A DNA stretch of 54,235 bases, filler included, from Jimgerdemannia flammicorona (taxonomy: Eukaryota), in the NCBI GenBank assembly GCA_003990765.1. It is 3 parts of 3 records of this genome, joined end to end, with 100 filler letters (N's around TTAATTAATTAA, not from the genome) between each part and the next. Parts side by side here need not be neighbours in the genome. Positions count along the whole stretch, not along the records: positions 1 to 18,014 come from RBNJ01002329.1; 2 more parts are not named here. One strand, given 5' to 3'. The position numbers were made by a program, and so were the translations under genes. The notes under the pieces are model-generated. The model saw only the letters and a program-made list of their open reading frames with translations, was not told where the DNA came from and made no database searches. Below, one piece after another: positions 1 to 12,263 of the stretch (positions are counted from its first letter, which is position 1; each line of letters starts with the position of its first letter).

Positions 1-257
1 TTTTTATAGTCTCTTGGACTCCTTTATTATGAACTATCTAATACAATAACAAAGAACACAAACCACTACTAACATCGTAAAATATACAGAAGTAGAACCC
101 TTCAGCCAACTCCTTCCTTCTATCTTACTCTACTATCATCTAACACCAGGTACCCTTGACTCTGCTGTACAATATCCTGCACTTTCTTTAAGGCCCCTGG
201 CTAAAGTTGCCTCCCCTGATACCACTACCCCTGAACCACCTCCTGGATAAGCCACCT

Positions 258-3200
258 CTACCACTCCACCATCTCTCCAATCCCCATCCATGAGTTCTGT
301 TCAAAAATCCACCGCCAATACACTGTCATCAAGACCCAGACCCCCAAAACTCGACCTAGGCCCCCCCATATATCACCAATTTCCCCAACCAGCTGGCGCT
401 TGACCACCAGACTGGCCGGATCCACTGCCCTATGCCTCTCTGGGCCCCAGTACCCTTCCAAACTCTGCCAAAACCCTTCCATGCCTGGGCAGGCCCCCAG
501 AACATGTTCTGGTGTCTGAATGACCCCTCCATCCACCTCATTACACCACTTACAGTTCTGACAGCCATCTATCTCTATCCAGCCCATCTAATAGCTTAGC
601 ATCATATTATGTCTCAAAAATCGCCACCAAACCACCCAGTACTTGGGGGGCACCATCTTGCATACTGAGGCTCCCCAATTCCAAATTCGAGCCCACTCCC
701 AGTCCTCTCCAATACCAGTCCTCTGCCAACTAGGTGGCCATCTCTCCAGAGGGCCAGATCTGATCCACTCCATCGCCTCACTCAGAGAGTACTCCTTCAG
801 ACTGTGGCCACCAACGCGCAGGTCTCCCAGTTGCCACCATCTCTGCTCAGAGTTCTCACCCACCTCTATCTCTGGGCCTGCCAACTCCATGGCCAGCCAG
901 GCCTCTACAATACCCCACCAGAACCCCTTTAACCACAGCCTACCTACACTTCCAACCTGAATTAAGCCCCACATATCCTTCCAGACCTCACCACGAGGGC
1001 AGAACTGGGCCTCCCAATTGTCCATGGCCAGCCTGCCCCAACCTTCCTCACCAAGTTCTAACATTTGGTGCCCCCACCAACCCCAAAGTACCTTCAGTCA
1101 GCACCTGAAATCCACCAGCCCTAGGCCTCCATCAGAAGTCCTCATTACCAAAGTTTCTCATCCAATCTGCAGACACCTTCTATGCCATATCCATCCTTCT
1201 ACCATCTTCTTCAGCTGCTCACCCAGGAAAATCCAGATGATAACCCAGATACCACAGTTTGGGCAGCCAATACACATTCAAGACCACTATCCTGCCAACC
1301 AAGGAGAAGCTCCTCCCTGACCAACTCGTCAATGCACCTTCCAACTTCTGAATCAATCCACACCACTGCTCTCTTGGCAGGACTGTCCCATACACTGAGA
1401 ACCATATACCTAGATATCTAATGGCACTCCCTGTGGCTACCAATTGTCCAAATTGTCCATGTCCCCCCAGGCCGGCACCAAGTTCCATTGTCTCACACTT
1501 GCCCCAATTCAACTTTGCCCCTACCAGCCTCTCGTACTGTCCAACCCCTTCTTGCAGGACTACTACATCTTCTTGACTACCCAACCCTACCACTATATCA
1601 TCTGCAAAGGCACCCAACTGCCAGACCACATCTCTCAACCACAGTCCAGAGAGTCACCCCTTCAGCCACACCAGCAAAGGCTCTAGAGAAAGTACATAAA
1701 GAAGGGGGGAGAGAGGATCCCCCTGTGGTACCCCTCGCCCCAAGGCAAACTCTGGTCCACACCATCCATTCATCATGATCACTGCTCGGTATCCTCATAC
1801 TAAGCCCATCAGTTGCCCTGCCTCTACTATACCAAACCCTGCTCTCCTCAGAATGGCCTCCAGGTAACTCCACTGCACTCTGTCATAGGCCTTCTCTTGA
1901 TCCAGAAAGACCATCTGGCCATCTACCTGCCAGCTCCTACAGCTCTCTAAAACATTCTGCACCCAAGCAGTACTATCTCTGATCTGCCTCCCCTTGACAA
2001 AGCCTCACTGCTCTTCCCCAACTAGCACACCAACATACTGCTGCATCCTCCCTGCTAGAATCTTTGACACCAACTTTCTATCCACATTCAGCAGCATGAT
2101 AGGTCACCAATTACGCCACACTCATCGATCTCCCTTTTCCTTATATAGAAGAGAAACTAGCCCCAAGGAACCATTGCCAATCCAGCTACCCTCCTTCAGA
2201 ACAGCATTGGCCATCTCCACCAACCAGTCACCAAACTCAGTCTTGAACTCCTTCCAGAATTCCCAGGGCAATCCATCCTCCCCAGGAGATGAACCAGTCT
2301 GTGTCTTCCTCAGTACTTCCAATACTTCATCTAGAGACACCTCCCCCATGACCGCCTCCCCTATCTTAGGAATCGCTGTCACTGACCAATTAGTCACCAT
2401 ATTGTCATCATCCTCCCCAAGCCCAGCATCTTCAGCTTGTTTCCCTCTATCCTGCCAAAGCACTTGCTATTGACCGGACACCTCTCCTAACATATCAGCA
2501 ATTTCAGAGACCTCCACTCCATCTTCATGCAATACTGAGGCCCAACTATGTCATACTCTCCTGGCCTTCAAAACACCAGACAGATATCTCATTGGCCTCT
2601 CTCCTTCTTCCAACCACCTAGCACGCAGCCTGGCCAGCAGACCATCCACCACCCTGGTCTCAGACACCCTTAAATCTGCCTGTAGCTCTGCCACCTCTAA
2701 CGCCAACTGGTGGCCCACCACTCCAGACAAGTTCCCCTTTTTCAAAAGCTTCAAACGCCATCTCAGCCCCTTCTCTACTCTTCTTTTTTTGTTCTTCTGT
2801 TCCTTCCTAGCCACTTCTCCCACATCATGCCAGTAGGCACCAGCCAAATATTTGAATTTACCCCACCATTCTGCTATCACCTGCCCTTCATTCTGCCATC
2901 GCAAAACTTCCTGTCTCATAACTGCCACAAAGTTGTCCCTCTCCTTCTTTCTCCTAAGTAAGGCTACATTGAGGTGCCAGCACCCTCCACCACTACTTGC
3001 TGCCTGGAATCTACCACAAACCTCCACTCCCCAGTGATCAGACCAAGGGCACCAGTGCACCTCAGCAGTGTCCAGTACATTGCCCCAGCACTCCGCCACT
3101 AGCACCTAATCTATTCGTGTCCCAACCAATGCTGTTCCAACTGGATGCCACCGGGTGAAAGGTCCCAACTTATCCCTCTGTCGTTGTCACACGCCATCCA

Positions 3201-3706
3201 CCAAATCCATGTCACGCTCCACCTGAAGCCATTGAGAAAGTCCAGAGGATACTGCAACTCCTGCTCTACTATCAGACCTATCCAGTGTAGTCCCCCCCCA
3301 GAATGTCCAAAGCAACTACCTCCCAACCATCCCACTCCTGCCATCTCTCAACCTATTACTTTTGCTCTCTGCCAACTGCAGGGAGGTAAACTGAGCCAAT
3401 CATCAACCCATCATCTGCCCCACTCTTTAGTCTTCCCCAAATCAGTCTGTCACTATAGATCTCTACCTCTACCAGCTCGCCTTTGCCTATACCAACCAAG
3501 ATGCCCACCTGCTTATTCCAACCTGCTCCACCATACCATTCTTTACTCCACATCTTATAGTCTGACTCGTCATAAGCCCGAACATCCTGAAGAAACACCA
3601 CATCATACCTCCTGACTTTAAGCCATCTGAAAAGCCACCATCTTTTAACACCATCCCACAATCCATTAACATTGATCGACAGTATATGTATATTGTTCAT
3701 CATCAT
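258..3706 (-). pseudogene. LINE ORF2 (APE endonuclease, reverse transcriptase, zf-RVT), disrupted
   Basis: Endonuclease motifs SINVNGL, FLQDV and WSDH. RT motifs SPGEDGLPWEFWK, LDQEKAYDRV (~1880-1910), AFADD and IRYLG. Terminal finger CKWC...EHVLGACP. Confidence 0.92.
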
Positions 3707-3709
3707 TAA

Positions 3710-5401
3710 GGAAATTGTTTAAAGCTCAGCTGGGACTACCACCACCTTCTCAGCCCTTCCTCTAATGATCTCTCACTGGTCCTTACAAATCGCCCTCCAG
3801 ATTTGATCACCATTCACACTGCTGCAGAAAAGATCCACTCTCTCTGTTGCCACCTTCCTGATGTTGGCCATCCTGCTTTCATCAACATCATATCCTTTAT
3901 CATCCAGAAGGGCAGCCACCATCGCTGTCACCAGCTTAGGCCCCTGCATCGCTACATTGAGAAATCCTTCTCAAGCCTCCTGAGATCCATGAAACACATC
4001 CACTTCCTTAATGTCTTCCTCTGCCAGCTCCTCAAGTACTGCCTGATACCAGCTCTCCGCCATCATCACCAGGGGCCCAGGAGTCAATGGCCTGGGGGTC
4101 CTGCTCAGCTCTTGCAGTTGCTCTCTATCTGTCGACACATCAGAAGCCACATTCACCAGCTCATCCTCCTCTGCAACTTTCTTCAAGTGAATAACCTCAC
4201 TAGCTTCAGGGCACTCCCAATGAACATTTGCCGCCCCAGCCATATGGGTATCCTCTACCTGAGTCTCCGGCACCACTTCATTATCAACCTCAAAACCTCC
4301 TCCACCAACCTCCTCCTTATCTGCCCACTTTCCTCTCACTGGCGCATATGCCAAGTTCTCTACACCACCCAGCTGGGAAAAGGACACCTCTGCCACCTCC
4401 ACTCCTTCCATCTGATTCTTGGCTGCCTCTACTCTTGCCTCCTCTTCCACTACTGCTCCTTGAAGGGCTGCCTGCAGATGCTCCCAGTTTCCTTTCCTCC
4501 ACCTCTTCCGCTTGCCATCAGCCTCGATCCAGACCCAATTCTTGGCATACTCCTCCCACTTCCTCTTTCACAGCTCCTTGACAGCCTCTCTCTCCTCTAG
4601 AGCAATCACCAACTCTTCCTCCTCCTGTTCTGCTCCCTTCCTCCTCTACACCTTGCACTCTTGCCCCTCAATTCTAATCCCCTCAGGCCAGTTGTGGTCC
4701 AGCCCAGTAGCCTCCTTGTCTTCCAGTTGCAGCATTACCTTGCAGTTGCCATTCCTCAATTTGGTGCCCTCCCAGAACATGAACCCAAAGTCCACCATCT
4801 CACTATATCCACCCAGTGCCTCCACCACCATCTCCTTGGTCTCCTGTCTGCCCAGTATTGGCAATCCTTCCACCACCAGCCAAACAGCACATGGATCCCA
4901 CCTCAGACACCTTGCCATCCCAATCCGGACACCCTTGACCATCATTCCTTTCTCCAGCACCTTCACCAGCCTCAGAACCTCCCTCGCTGACATCGCCAAT
5001 CTCAGGAAGTTTGCTGAGACTGCCCATATCGATACCGATTTGTGAAAGAAAGGCCTCACCACCAACTCGCCTGTCCCTGCTGCCAGAGTCACCTTTCTCT
5101 TGGTCCCTGAAACACCTGTAGTCGTCCCGCTAGGTGTAGCTGTACCACTAGCAGTCCTCTCCCCAGCCACCTGCCCAGCCACAGAAGAACCAGTTCCCAG
5201 CATCACACCACCAGACCCCTGTCCCCTGCCAGCCACCTGACCTGTCACCTGACTCATCACCTGACCCCTCTCCCTGTCAACACTACACCCCCCCTGTCCA
5301 ACCCCCATGGGCCTAGCTGCAGTCCTCCTATTCCCAACCACCATATGCCAGGCCTCAATCCCACCAGTCCTCCCCTGTCTACCAGCCCTTCCAGCAGCCA
5401 C
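3710..5401 (-). pseudogene. LINE ORF1 (RRM-like nucleic-acid chaperone, Gly-rich N-terminus, Glu-rich coiled region), disrupted
   Basis: ORF pieces 4646..5401 (VVEGLP...LGGYSEMV...GTKLRNGNCKV, typical of L1/Tx1 ORF1) and 3971..4450, directly upstream of the endonuclease start. Confidence 0.7.
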
Positions 5402-6036
5402 ACCAGCCCCTGCAGCAACTGCAAAGCTCTTGGGAATACCCAGACCGGGCCTCCTCCTCTCCAGACACTCAGAGCTAGAGGAATCTTAACTAGTCATGTC
5501 ACCAAAACTTGATGGTTTTTCTCGAAACTTGTTGTGCCTTGTAGGTAGACTCCTGCCACACGATGTATACCAGTATGTTCGAAATAAAAACTTGAAAACA
5601 TGTTGTTTTTTACTGAAAGATGCCTGTGTGGCTTAGCTCGCTCTGAGTGGTTTGAGCAAAAGAAGTCCTCAGTGTGTCACCTCTGTTGGAGAGTGACAGA
5701 TGCTTCATCTGAACTCAAGAAAGCTGACATCGTTGAAACCAATCTCAAGCCATCCACATGACAGATATTACTATTAGAAATTGCCTCAGATTACAGAAAA
5801 TATCATTTCTAAGAAGTTCGAACCTCCAGCTGTGATATTGGGAGCCCTTGCCCTAGACAAGAATGGCCAGTCCTCACAAATGCACCAGAAGACCAAAAAA
5901 AAAAGAGAACCAAGTCCTGTTATTCTTGTACAACTATTGCCACCAAGGACAGTCTTAATCTTACAAGAGATAGAAGTGACAATACCTTGGAAACTGATGA
6001 TATCAGAAGTCAGAAGACTGCTCAGACTTTGCCAGT

Positions 6037-6765
6037 GATGATGTCATCAATAGTGATATCATCAAAGACTACTCAGACAGTGTCTAAACCTATAAATAGC
6101 TTAGCAGTCATAGTATAGTTAGATTAGCCTTATACAACATAACTGTGAACTGACTCAGCAGTCAGACGACCTCTTGATATGTCAGATCACACTTATACTA
6201 TGTGACTGTATTCTGACTCAGCAAAGCACTAAGTGCTACATCCATATCTAGCATAGTCCAGATAGCCCCTCACTAGTATAAATACCCCCTCCCCCAGACC
6301 TCAGAATCTCAGACTTGAATACATACAAGAACTATCCTGAACACTTTCCTATAATATTCCTTCATACAACTACTCCTAGTATAGCAATATCATGAATAGT
6401 GAATAAACCTATTATATAACCCACAAATCACTCTTAAGTAAATCTACTCTCCATTAGGTCCCACTCCTAACCCCATCACGAAATTTCCTAATTGGGTATT
6501 GTCTGCAGTGATATGCCAATTCAACTAAGCTGGTCTTAGTTTCTTGAACTTCCTGAAATATGGAAAATCCTGAACATCCAGAACTAGTCTGAAAAAGGAC
6601 TTTGGTTGAGACATTAACTCAATCTTGAAATCAATAAGCATAGAGGATGTACTCTATATGAAATTGATCTTGACCATAAGAAAATAGTCTTCTAGAATAT
6701 CCAGAACTTCCAGAAAACCCTTCCAGAACTATGTAATGGTTACTCTAAAAAGCAACCCTCTTACA
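6037..6765 (+). repeat. Family A 5' LTR, 3' part only
   Basis: Matches ~11510-12248 and ~15850-16586. Contains TATAAATA, AATAAA and TGACTCA; ends CTTACA. Confidence 0.92.
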
Positions 6766-6768
6766 ACT

Positions 6769-6780
6769 TGGTAGCAGCAG
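6769..6780 (+). promoter_or_regulatory. Primer-binding site, initiator tRNA-Met-like (TGGTAGCAG)
   Basis: Starts after a 3-nt spacer (ACT) following the LTR end; same motif at 12252-12263. Complementary to the ...CUGCUACCA end of eukaryotic tRNAi-Met. Confidence 0.75.
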
Positions 6781-8760
6781 TTTACAATCCAATTCTGCTT
6801 CAAGACACTTCCTCACCCCACTACAAACCTCTCTGAGAATTTCTACAAGTTGGTATAAAGCCCAACCTCTGAACTGGAATTTATCCCAAACCATCTAACA
6901 ATCTGGAGAGAATTGAACCTGATGTATAAGGACAATTTGACCTCTACACCTGCAACAAGTAGAACAAACTTCATACAAAGAAAGAAGTACTCTGATTAAA
7001 TCAGCAAATAGGTAAAACTCTATTCACTGAACTCCTTGCTCTACACCCTACAAGTCAAGACAAAGAAGGTCTTACATATAGAAGCCTTCTTTACTCTTCT
7101 CAACAAGAGTTTTATCAGCTCTACAAATCCGAGTGACCTAGGACAACCAGTAGCAGTCTTTCTAGCCTTAGTTCCTCACGAAGCCCAAGCCTCTGTAGTC
7201 AAGTGGCTCAACTCTACCAACTTTCACTATACCAGGACCAAGACTGCATTATACTACCAATTCCAGAACAGCAAGGCCTGCCATATTCTTAAAGAAGAAG
7301 CAAGAGAAACCCTTCATCAACAACCTGACCCTGAACCAGAAGCAGGCCCAGCCACAGCCCTACCTGAAACCAAAACCAATACTGAACCAGAACTTGACTT
7401 TGAATTAAGTCCATCTGAAATCAGATATACAACTGATTCAGTCTACTTTGACACTGAGCAAACCCAAATACACAGAGACCAAACTGAAGAAGAGGAGGAG
7501 TATCTCATTGAATTCGATCTCAGATATACTACCGAAGGAGGCACACCTCCATTAGGACAGAACACACCTATACAGCAACAGACAGCTATATATCAAGCCC
7601 TTACTCCAGACCCACAACTACTACTCTAGCAACTTATACAGACCCAAAGAACTCCATCACACTCTACACCAGTACCTCAAGTCATACTAGTAATACTACT
7701 ACCAATAGCCCAACTACCTCTAGTAAACAACATGGCGAACCAACAGATTCTAGATCTCACAGCCTAGGTAGTCATAATGGCAGCAACCATTACTGCCTTA
7801 GCTAAACAGACCTGACTTACCAAAAATCTGAGCCTACCTACCTTCAATGGTACTGCACAAGAAGTCCAAAGCTTCATTAGTATAGTTGACACCAACTTTG
7901 AAGCCAATCAATGGACCAATGAGCGAGTTGCTGACCACCTTCTGATAAACAATCAAGACCACACTCTGGAACAACTCTTTGCTACTACTACAGCCTATGT
8001 CTGCCGAGTTGTTACATACATTCTTCTGAGGACCCGCTGAAGAGTAGTGGTGAACTCTTCCTAAAAAACCCCTCACGTGGGATACCTGACTTGCAGTAGT
8101 TGCCCAGAATGCAGCAAATAATGCCCCAGAATATAGAGTCCATCCTACAGCCCCTGAACTGAAACAACTCATGATTGCTCAATACTACAGCAAAACCATG
8201 ATTGCTGAATCTCGAGTAAAACTCCACAACCTCAAATTTGATGTATATAGCAAGAAAGAATTTGAAACCTTCTATACAAAACTTGAGTCACTTCTGAACA
8301 CTGTTGGCCTAGGATATATTGTCAATGATGAAGCATGAAATGATATAAGAGCAGACCATCTATTCAATGCACTACCTGAATGGCTTACTAGAAAAATCCA
8401 AGAACAAGGCTGCTCAGTTGGTCGTGACCACCAACAATGGTGCCTGGCAAGAATCAAGACCATGGTCAAGTGAATCCTAACAGCTGGACCAATTCTGCCT
8501 TGAAGACAATTCAACAACAAGAAAAAGACTTAGACCAAGAAAGAAGTACCCAAGCATGAAGCATCCCAAGCTCCCTCCACATCCATCTCTTGGACACCCA
8601 GAAATCATGAACCCACTCAGCTGAGTACCTTCAAGAAACTCACTAAAGGAGAAAGGAATGAACTTCAAAGAAGCGGAGCATGCTTCTATTGCTGAAAGAC
8701 AGGACACATGACCAGTACCTGCCCCAACTGAAAACCCCAAACCACAATACAAGCAACTGT
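6781..8760 (+). pseudogene. Family A gag with long in-frame N-terminal extension and CCHC zinc knuckle
   Basis: ORF piece 7036..7629 is in frame with ATG 7732 (MANQQILDL...LPTFNG). The intervening TAG is CAG in the nested copy. Knuckle CFYC*KTGHMTSTC at ~8681-8722. Start is approximate. Confidence 0.75.
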
Positions 8761-8803
8761 TACTACTCTACACCACCTCAATAACCTGATCACCAGAACA
8801 CTG

Positions 8804-9210
8804 GATTTTGTTAAGTTAAGGCAAACTGCTAAGGCCCCAACCAAAGAAAGTCAAAAGGCAGCTGGATATGATCTGTATGCAGCCGAAGAAGCCACAGTTT
8901 CCAACCAAAAAGTCAAGCAAGTCTACACAGGAATCAGCATCCAAATCCCTGAAGGACATGTTAGAAGAATATGGTGTTGTAGCAGCCTAGCATTGAAAGG
9001 ACTCTCAGTAGAAGGAGGAGTCATTGATGAAGATTACACAGGTGAAATCATTATCCTTATCCAAAACCACAGTTGGACACCCTTCAAGATCCTTATTGGT
9101 TTCTGCATTGTCCAGATTCTATTCAAGAAAATCGAGTCAACTCTGACAGTCAAGAAAGTCCCTGAACTACTACCTACCATCTGAGGATCCAAAGGATTTA
9201 GCTCATCAAA
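8804..9210 (+). pseudogene. dUTPase domain in the family A polyprotein, between Gag and protease
   Basis: Motifs AAGYDL, SSLALKG, GGVIDEDYTGEI, IVQILF and (R)GSKGFSSS; same frame as the Gag knuckle. Confidence 0.92.
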
Positions 9211-9424
9211 TAAGGCCCCAGCCTAACCTACTATGAGCAAAGAAGAACAATTCTATAAGAAAATTGAAAACAGATATGTACCTAGTGGCTGATGTCCCTA
9301 TGGCATTGGAATGTACTCTTCCTGAATGATCAATGATTGCTTCTCTTATATCAATGAACTGGCTCAGAGAAGAACCAACAGAAGGAAAACTCCTACCACT
9401 GAAATCACCACCATTGGATCAGAC

Positions 9425-10175
9425 AAACTGCTTACACTCTAAGCTTTTGTCAACTGAGCACCTGTCAAGATTATGATAGACAGTGGTACCTCAGACAACT
9501 TCATCAATGAAGAAACAGCCAACAGACTCAAAGTCTTCACCTCTCTGGTATAACAAACTCAAGCAGTTGCCACAGCTGATGGAACCTCCCATGTCATTAG
9601 TAAGGAAGTCTGCAATCTACCCTTCCGAATTGGCAACTACTGAGTACATGTTACCCTCCAGATCGTACCACTCTCTGATAATGAAATCATCCTTGGAACT
9701 CTATGGTTGAAACAAGAGAACCCCATGATTGATTGGGTAAACCATTCTCTGACCATCAAGAAAGGACACCACAACTTCAAACTGCAAGGTAAAAGGGACC
9801 CACTCAGCTCTAGCGACCCTGGACCAAAGATCACCTACATCAATAAGTTACAACTCAAGAAATTTGCCAAGAAATGCCCTCTCTTTGCTATCTCTATCTG
9901 CCCATCCAAAGGAGAATCTGAGAACTCTGAAGAAGACTTTTCCAAAGTTGACAGCCACATTAGACCCCTACTCCAGAAATTTCGAGACATATTCCCAAAG
10001 AAACTTCTGAAAGATCTACCTCCTAAGTGAGCAGTAGACCATGTCATCAAGACCATCCCAGATGCCAAGCCAGCCTTCAAGTCAATCTACCACATATTGC
10101 CAAGAGAAATTGATGTACTCAAGAAAGAAATTGACGAACTCCTAGAATAAGAATTCATCAGACCCAGTATATTAC
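9425..10175 (+). pseudogene. Family A aspartic protease and start of RT
   Basis: IMIDSGTSDNFI (DSG at 9479), IILGTLWLKQENPMIDW, DLPPK-AVDHVI, then FIRPS cut by the insertion. Confidence 0.88.
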
Positions 10176-12248
10176 TGTAAGCGCACAACCTCCAAGCCAC
10201 AGAATCACACGTCACCCTCTGAACAAGCCACTGAAATCACACATGACCTCTGAACAAATCTGGAAATCACCTGCAAGATCACAAAGCTGAGTCAAACCGA
10301 AGTCACAGCACACAAAGCTGAGTCAACATGAAGTCACAGAATACAAGATTCACACAAACAGAATCTTACCAATCAGGACCAAATGCATATATACTAAGCA
10401 TCGAGATGCATTGAAACAGAGAACCAAAACAAACAACAACCACAACTTCTGAATATATACAAACATAACCACCGAGATCTACAACCGCATCCATGCTGAC
10501 ATTTGGAATGCCATTGTCAACTGAGCCACACCCCCTCTGCCCCTCATGAATATCTATAGCCTGGCACCCCTCTATTTCGTGGAAGCCTGATGGAACACTC
10601 TGAACATACTTAACGAGGCCCACCAGATCAGATAAATCTCAAGCTACTACCAGATCAGCCACCTCCTAGAAGATATGGTTGAACACCACCATGACACAGA
10701 CATTACCCAGATGTCTCAATATCAGAAACTCATTGCCCGCAAACATCGAGTACTCCTTTATGAGTACAGCACCTTTATTTCCCACCTCAGAGTCACTACC
10801 AGCAAAATGGTTGCCACTCTGTCCTATGGCCAAATTGATGACATGATATAAGAACTCAACCACAAGTACCTCAAGTATGTTGAAACCACAGACAGAACCT
10901 TCCCACACCCTGATGACCACATCCTGCAAATGCCCCAAGTTGAATATGCCATGAAGGATGTCTATGATATAATCCAATTTGATGAAGATGAAGTAGAAGA
11001 CAATGATCCCTCTGATACTGATATGACCTTAAGCCAAGGATCTCTGCCAACTCTGATCACTCTGCCAACATTGCTGATGAACTTACAACAGTTCATAACG
11101 ACCTACGAGACTTATTGGGACAATGACTACTGGCATGAATACCAACCTGTGTTCACTCCCGATTACTTCAATTATAATGAAGAGACCAGAGAACACAACC
11201 TGTACCTTCAGACAACCCTTGACATTGAACCAACCACTCCACTATCTGAGTACGAGCATCATGAACCACAGCCGCCAGCCTACTACAACCCCATGACCCA
11301 TAGTGCTGTAACTTATAGAAGGTATGCAGATAGCGAATCCGATGAAAGCAAAGATGATATATCCCTCCTTCGCCCACCAACACCTTATCCAACATACAAG
11401 ATAGATGATGCTATCCTGTGGGATGGCGATGAAGTCCCAATGTATTATTACCTCAGTGAACAAGGAGAAGTAATTCACGAACCACTCTTCCTAGACAACT
11501 ATTTCATCAGAGATGATGCAATTGATGGTGATATCATCGAAGACTACCCAGACAGCATCTAAACCTATAAATAGCTTAGCAGTCATAGTATAGTTAGATT
11601 AGCCTTGTATGACATGACTGTGAACTGACTCAGCAGTCAGATAATCTCTTGACATGTCAGATCACACTTGTACTATGTGACTGCATTCTGACTCAGCAAG
11701 GCACTTAGTGCTATATCCATATCTATCATAGTCCAGATAGCCCCTCACTAGTATAAATACCCCCTTCTCCAGACCTCAGAATCTCAGACTTGAATACTTG
11801 AACAATCTGAATACAACTCCTGGGCACTTCTCCACAATATTCCTTTATACAACTACTCCTAGTATAGCAATATCATGAATAGCAAATAAACCTATTTAAT
11901 AACCCACAAACCACTCTTAAGTAAATCTGCTCCCCGTTAAATCCCACTCCTAACCCCATCACAAAATTTCCTAATTGGGTATTGTCTGCAGCGATACACC
12001 AATTCAACTAAGCTGGTCTTAGTTTCTTGAACTTCCTGAAATATGGAAAATCCTGAACATCCAGAACTAGTCTGAAATAGGACTTTGGTTGAGATGTCAA
12101 TCCGATCTTGAAATCAATAAGCATAGAGGATGTACTCCATATGAAATTGATCTTGATCATAAGAAAATAGTCTTCCAGAATATCCAGAACTTCCAGAAAA
12201 CCCTTCCAGAACTACGTAACAGTTACCCTAAAAAGCAACCCTCTTACA
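10176..12248 (+). repeat. Family A 5' LTR (2073 bp)
   Basis: 6-bp terminal inverted repeat TGTAAG/CTTACA, TATAAATA at 11752-11759, AATAAA at 11885-11890; direct repeat of 14516-16586. Confidence 0.96.
10465..11562 (+). pseudogene. U3-encoded ORF of the family A LTR (~365 aa reconstructed; novel N-terminal domain plus acidic tail)
   Basis: One frame from ATA 10465 (ATG in the 3' LTR) to TAA 11562. Four in-frame stops (10522, 10588, 10633, 10849), all explicable as C>T. Includes track ORF 10930..11562. Confidence 0.85.
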
Positions 12249-12263
12249 ACTTGGTAGCAGTGG

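Larger units (their letters stand above)
1..5490 (-). mobile_element. Degenerate non-LTR retrotransposon (LINE, L1/Tx1-like), near full length
   Basis: Minus-strand order is ORF1, AP endonuclease, RT, C-terminal Cys/His finger. T-run at the contig start fits a truncated poly(A) tail. Many in-frame stops, CpG depletion and strong G/C strand skew. 5' boundary is approximate. Confidence 0.92.

Noticed and set aside
3803..5045. Long plus-strand ORFs (265 aa, 177 aa) over the LINE
   Set aside because: Antisense shadows caused by C-rich strand skew; no motifs.
10465..11562. U3 ORF as an env gene
   Set aside because: No signal peptide or transmembrane segment, strongly acidic, and located inside the LTR rather than between pol and the PPT.
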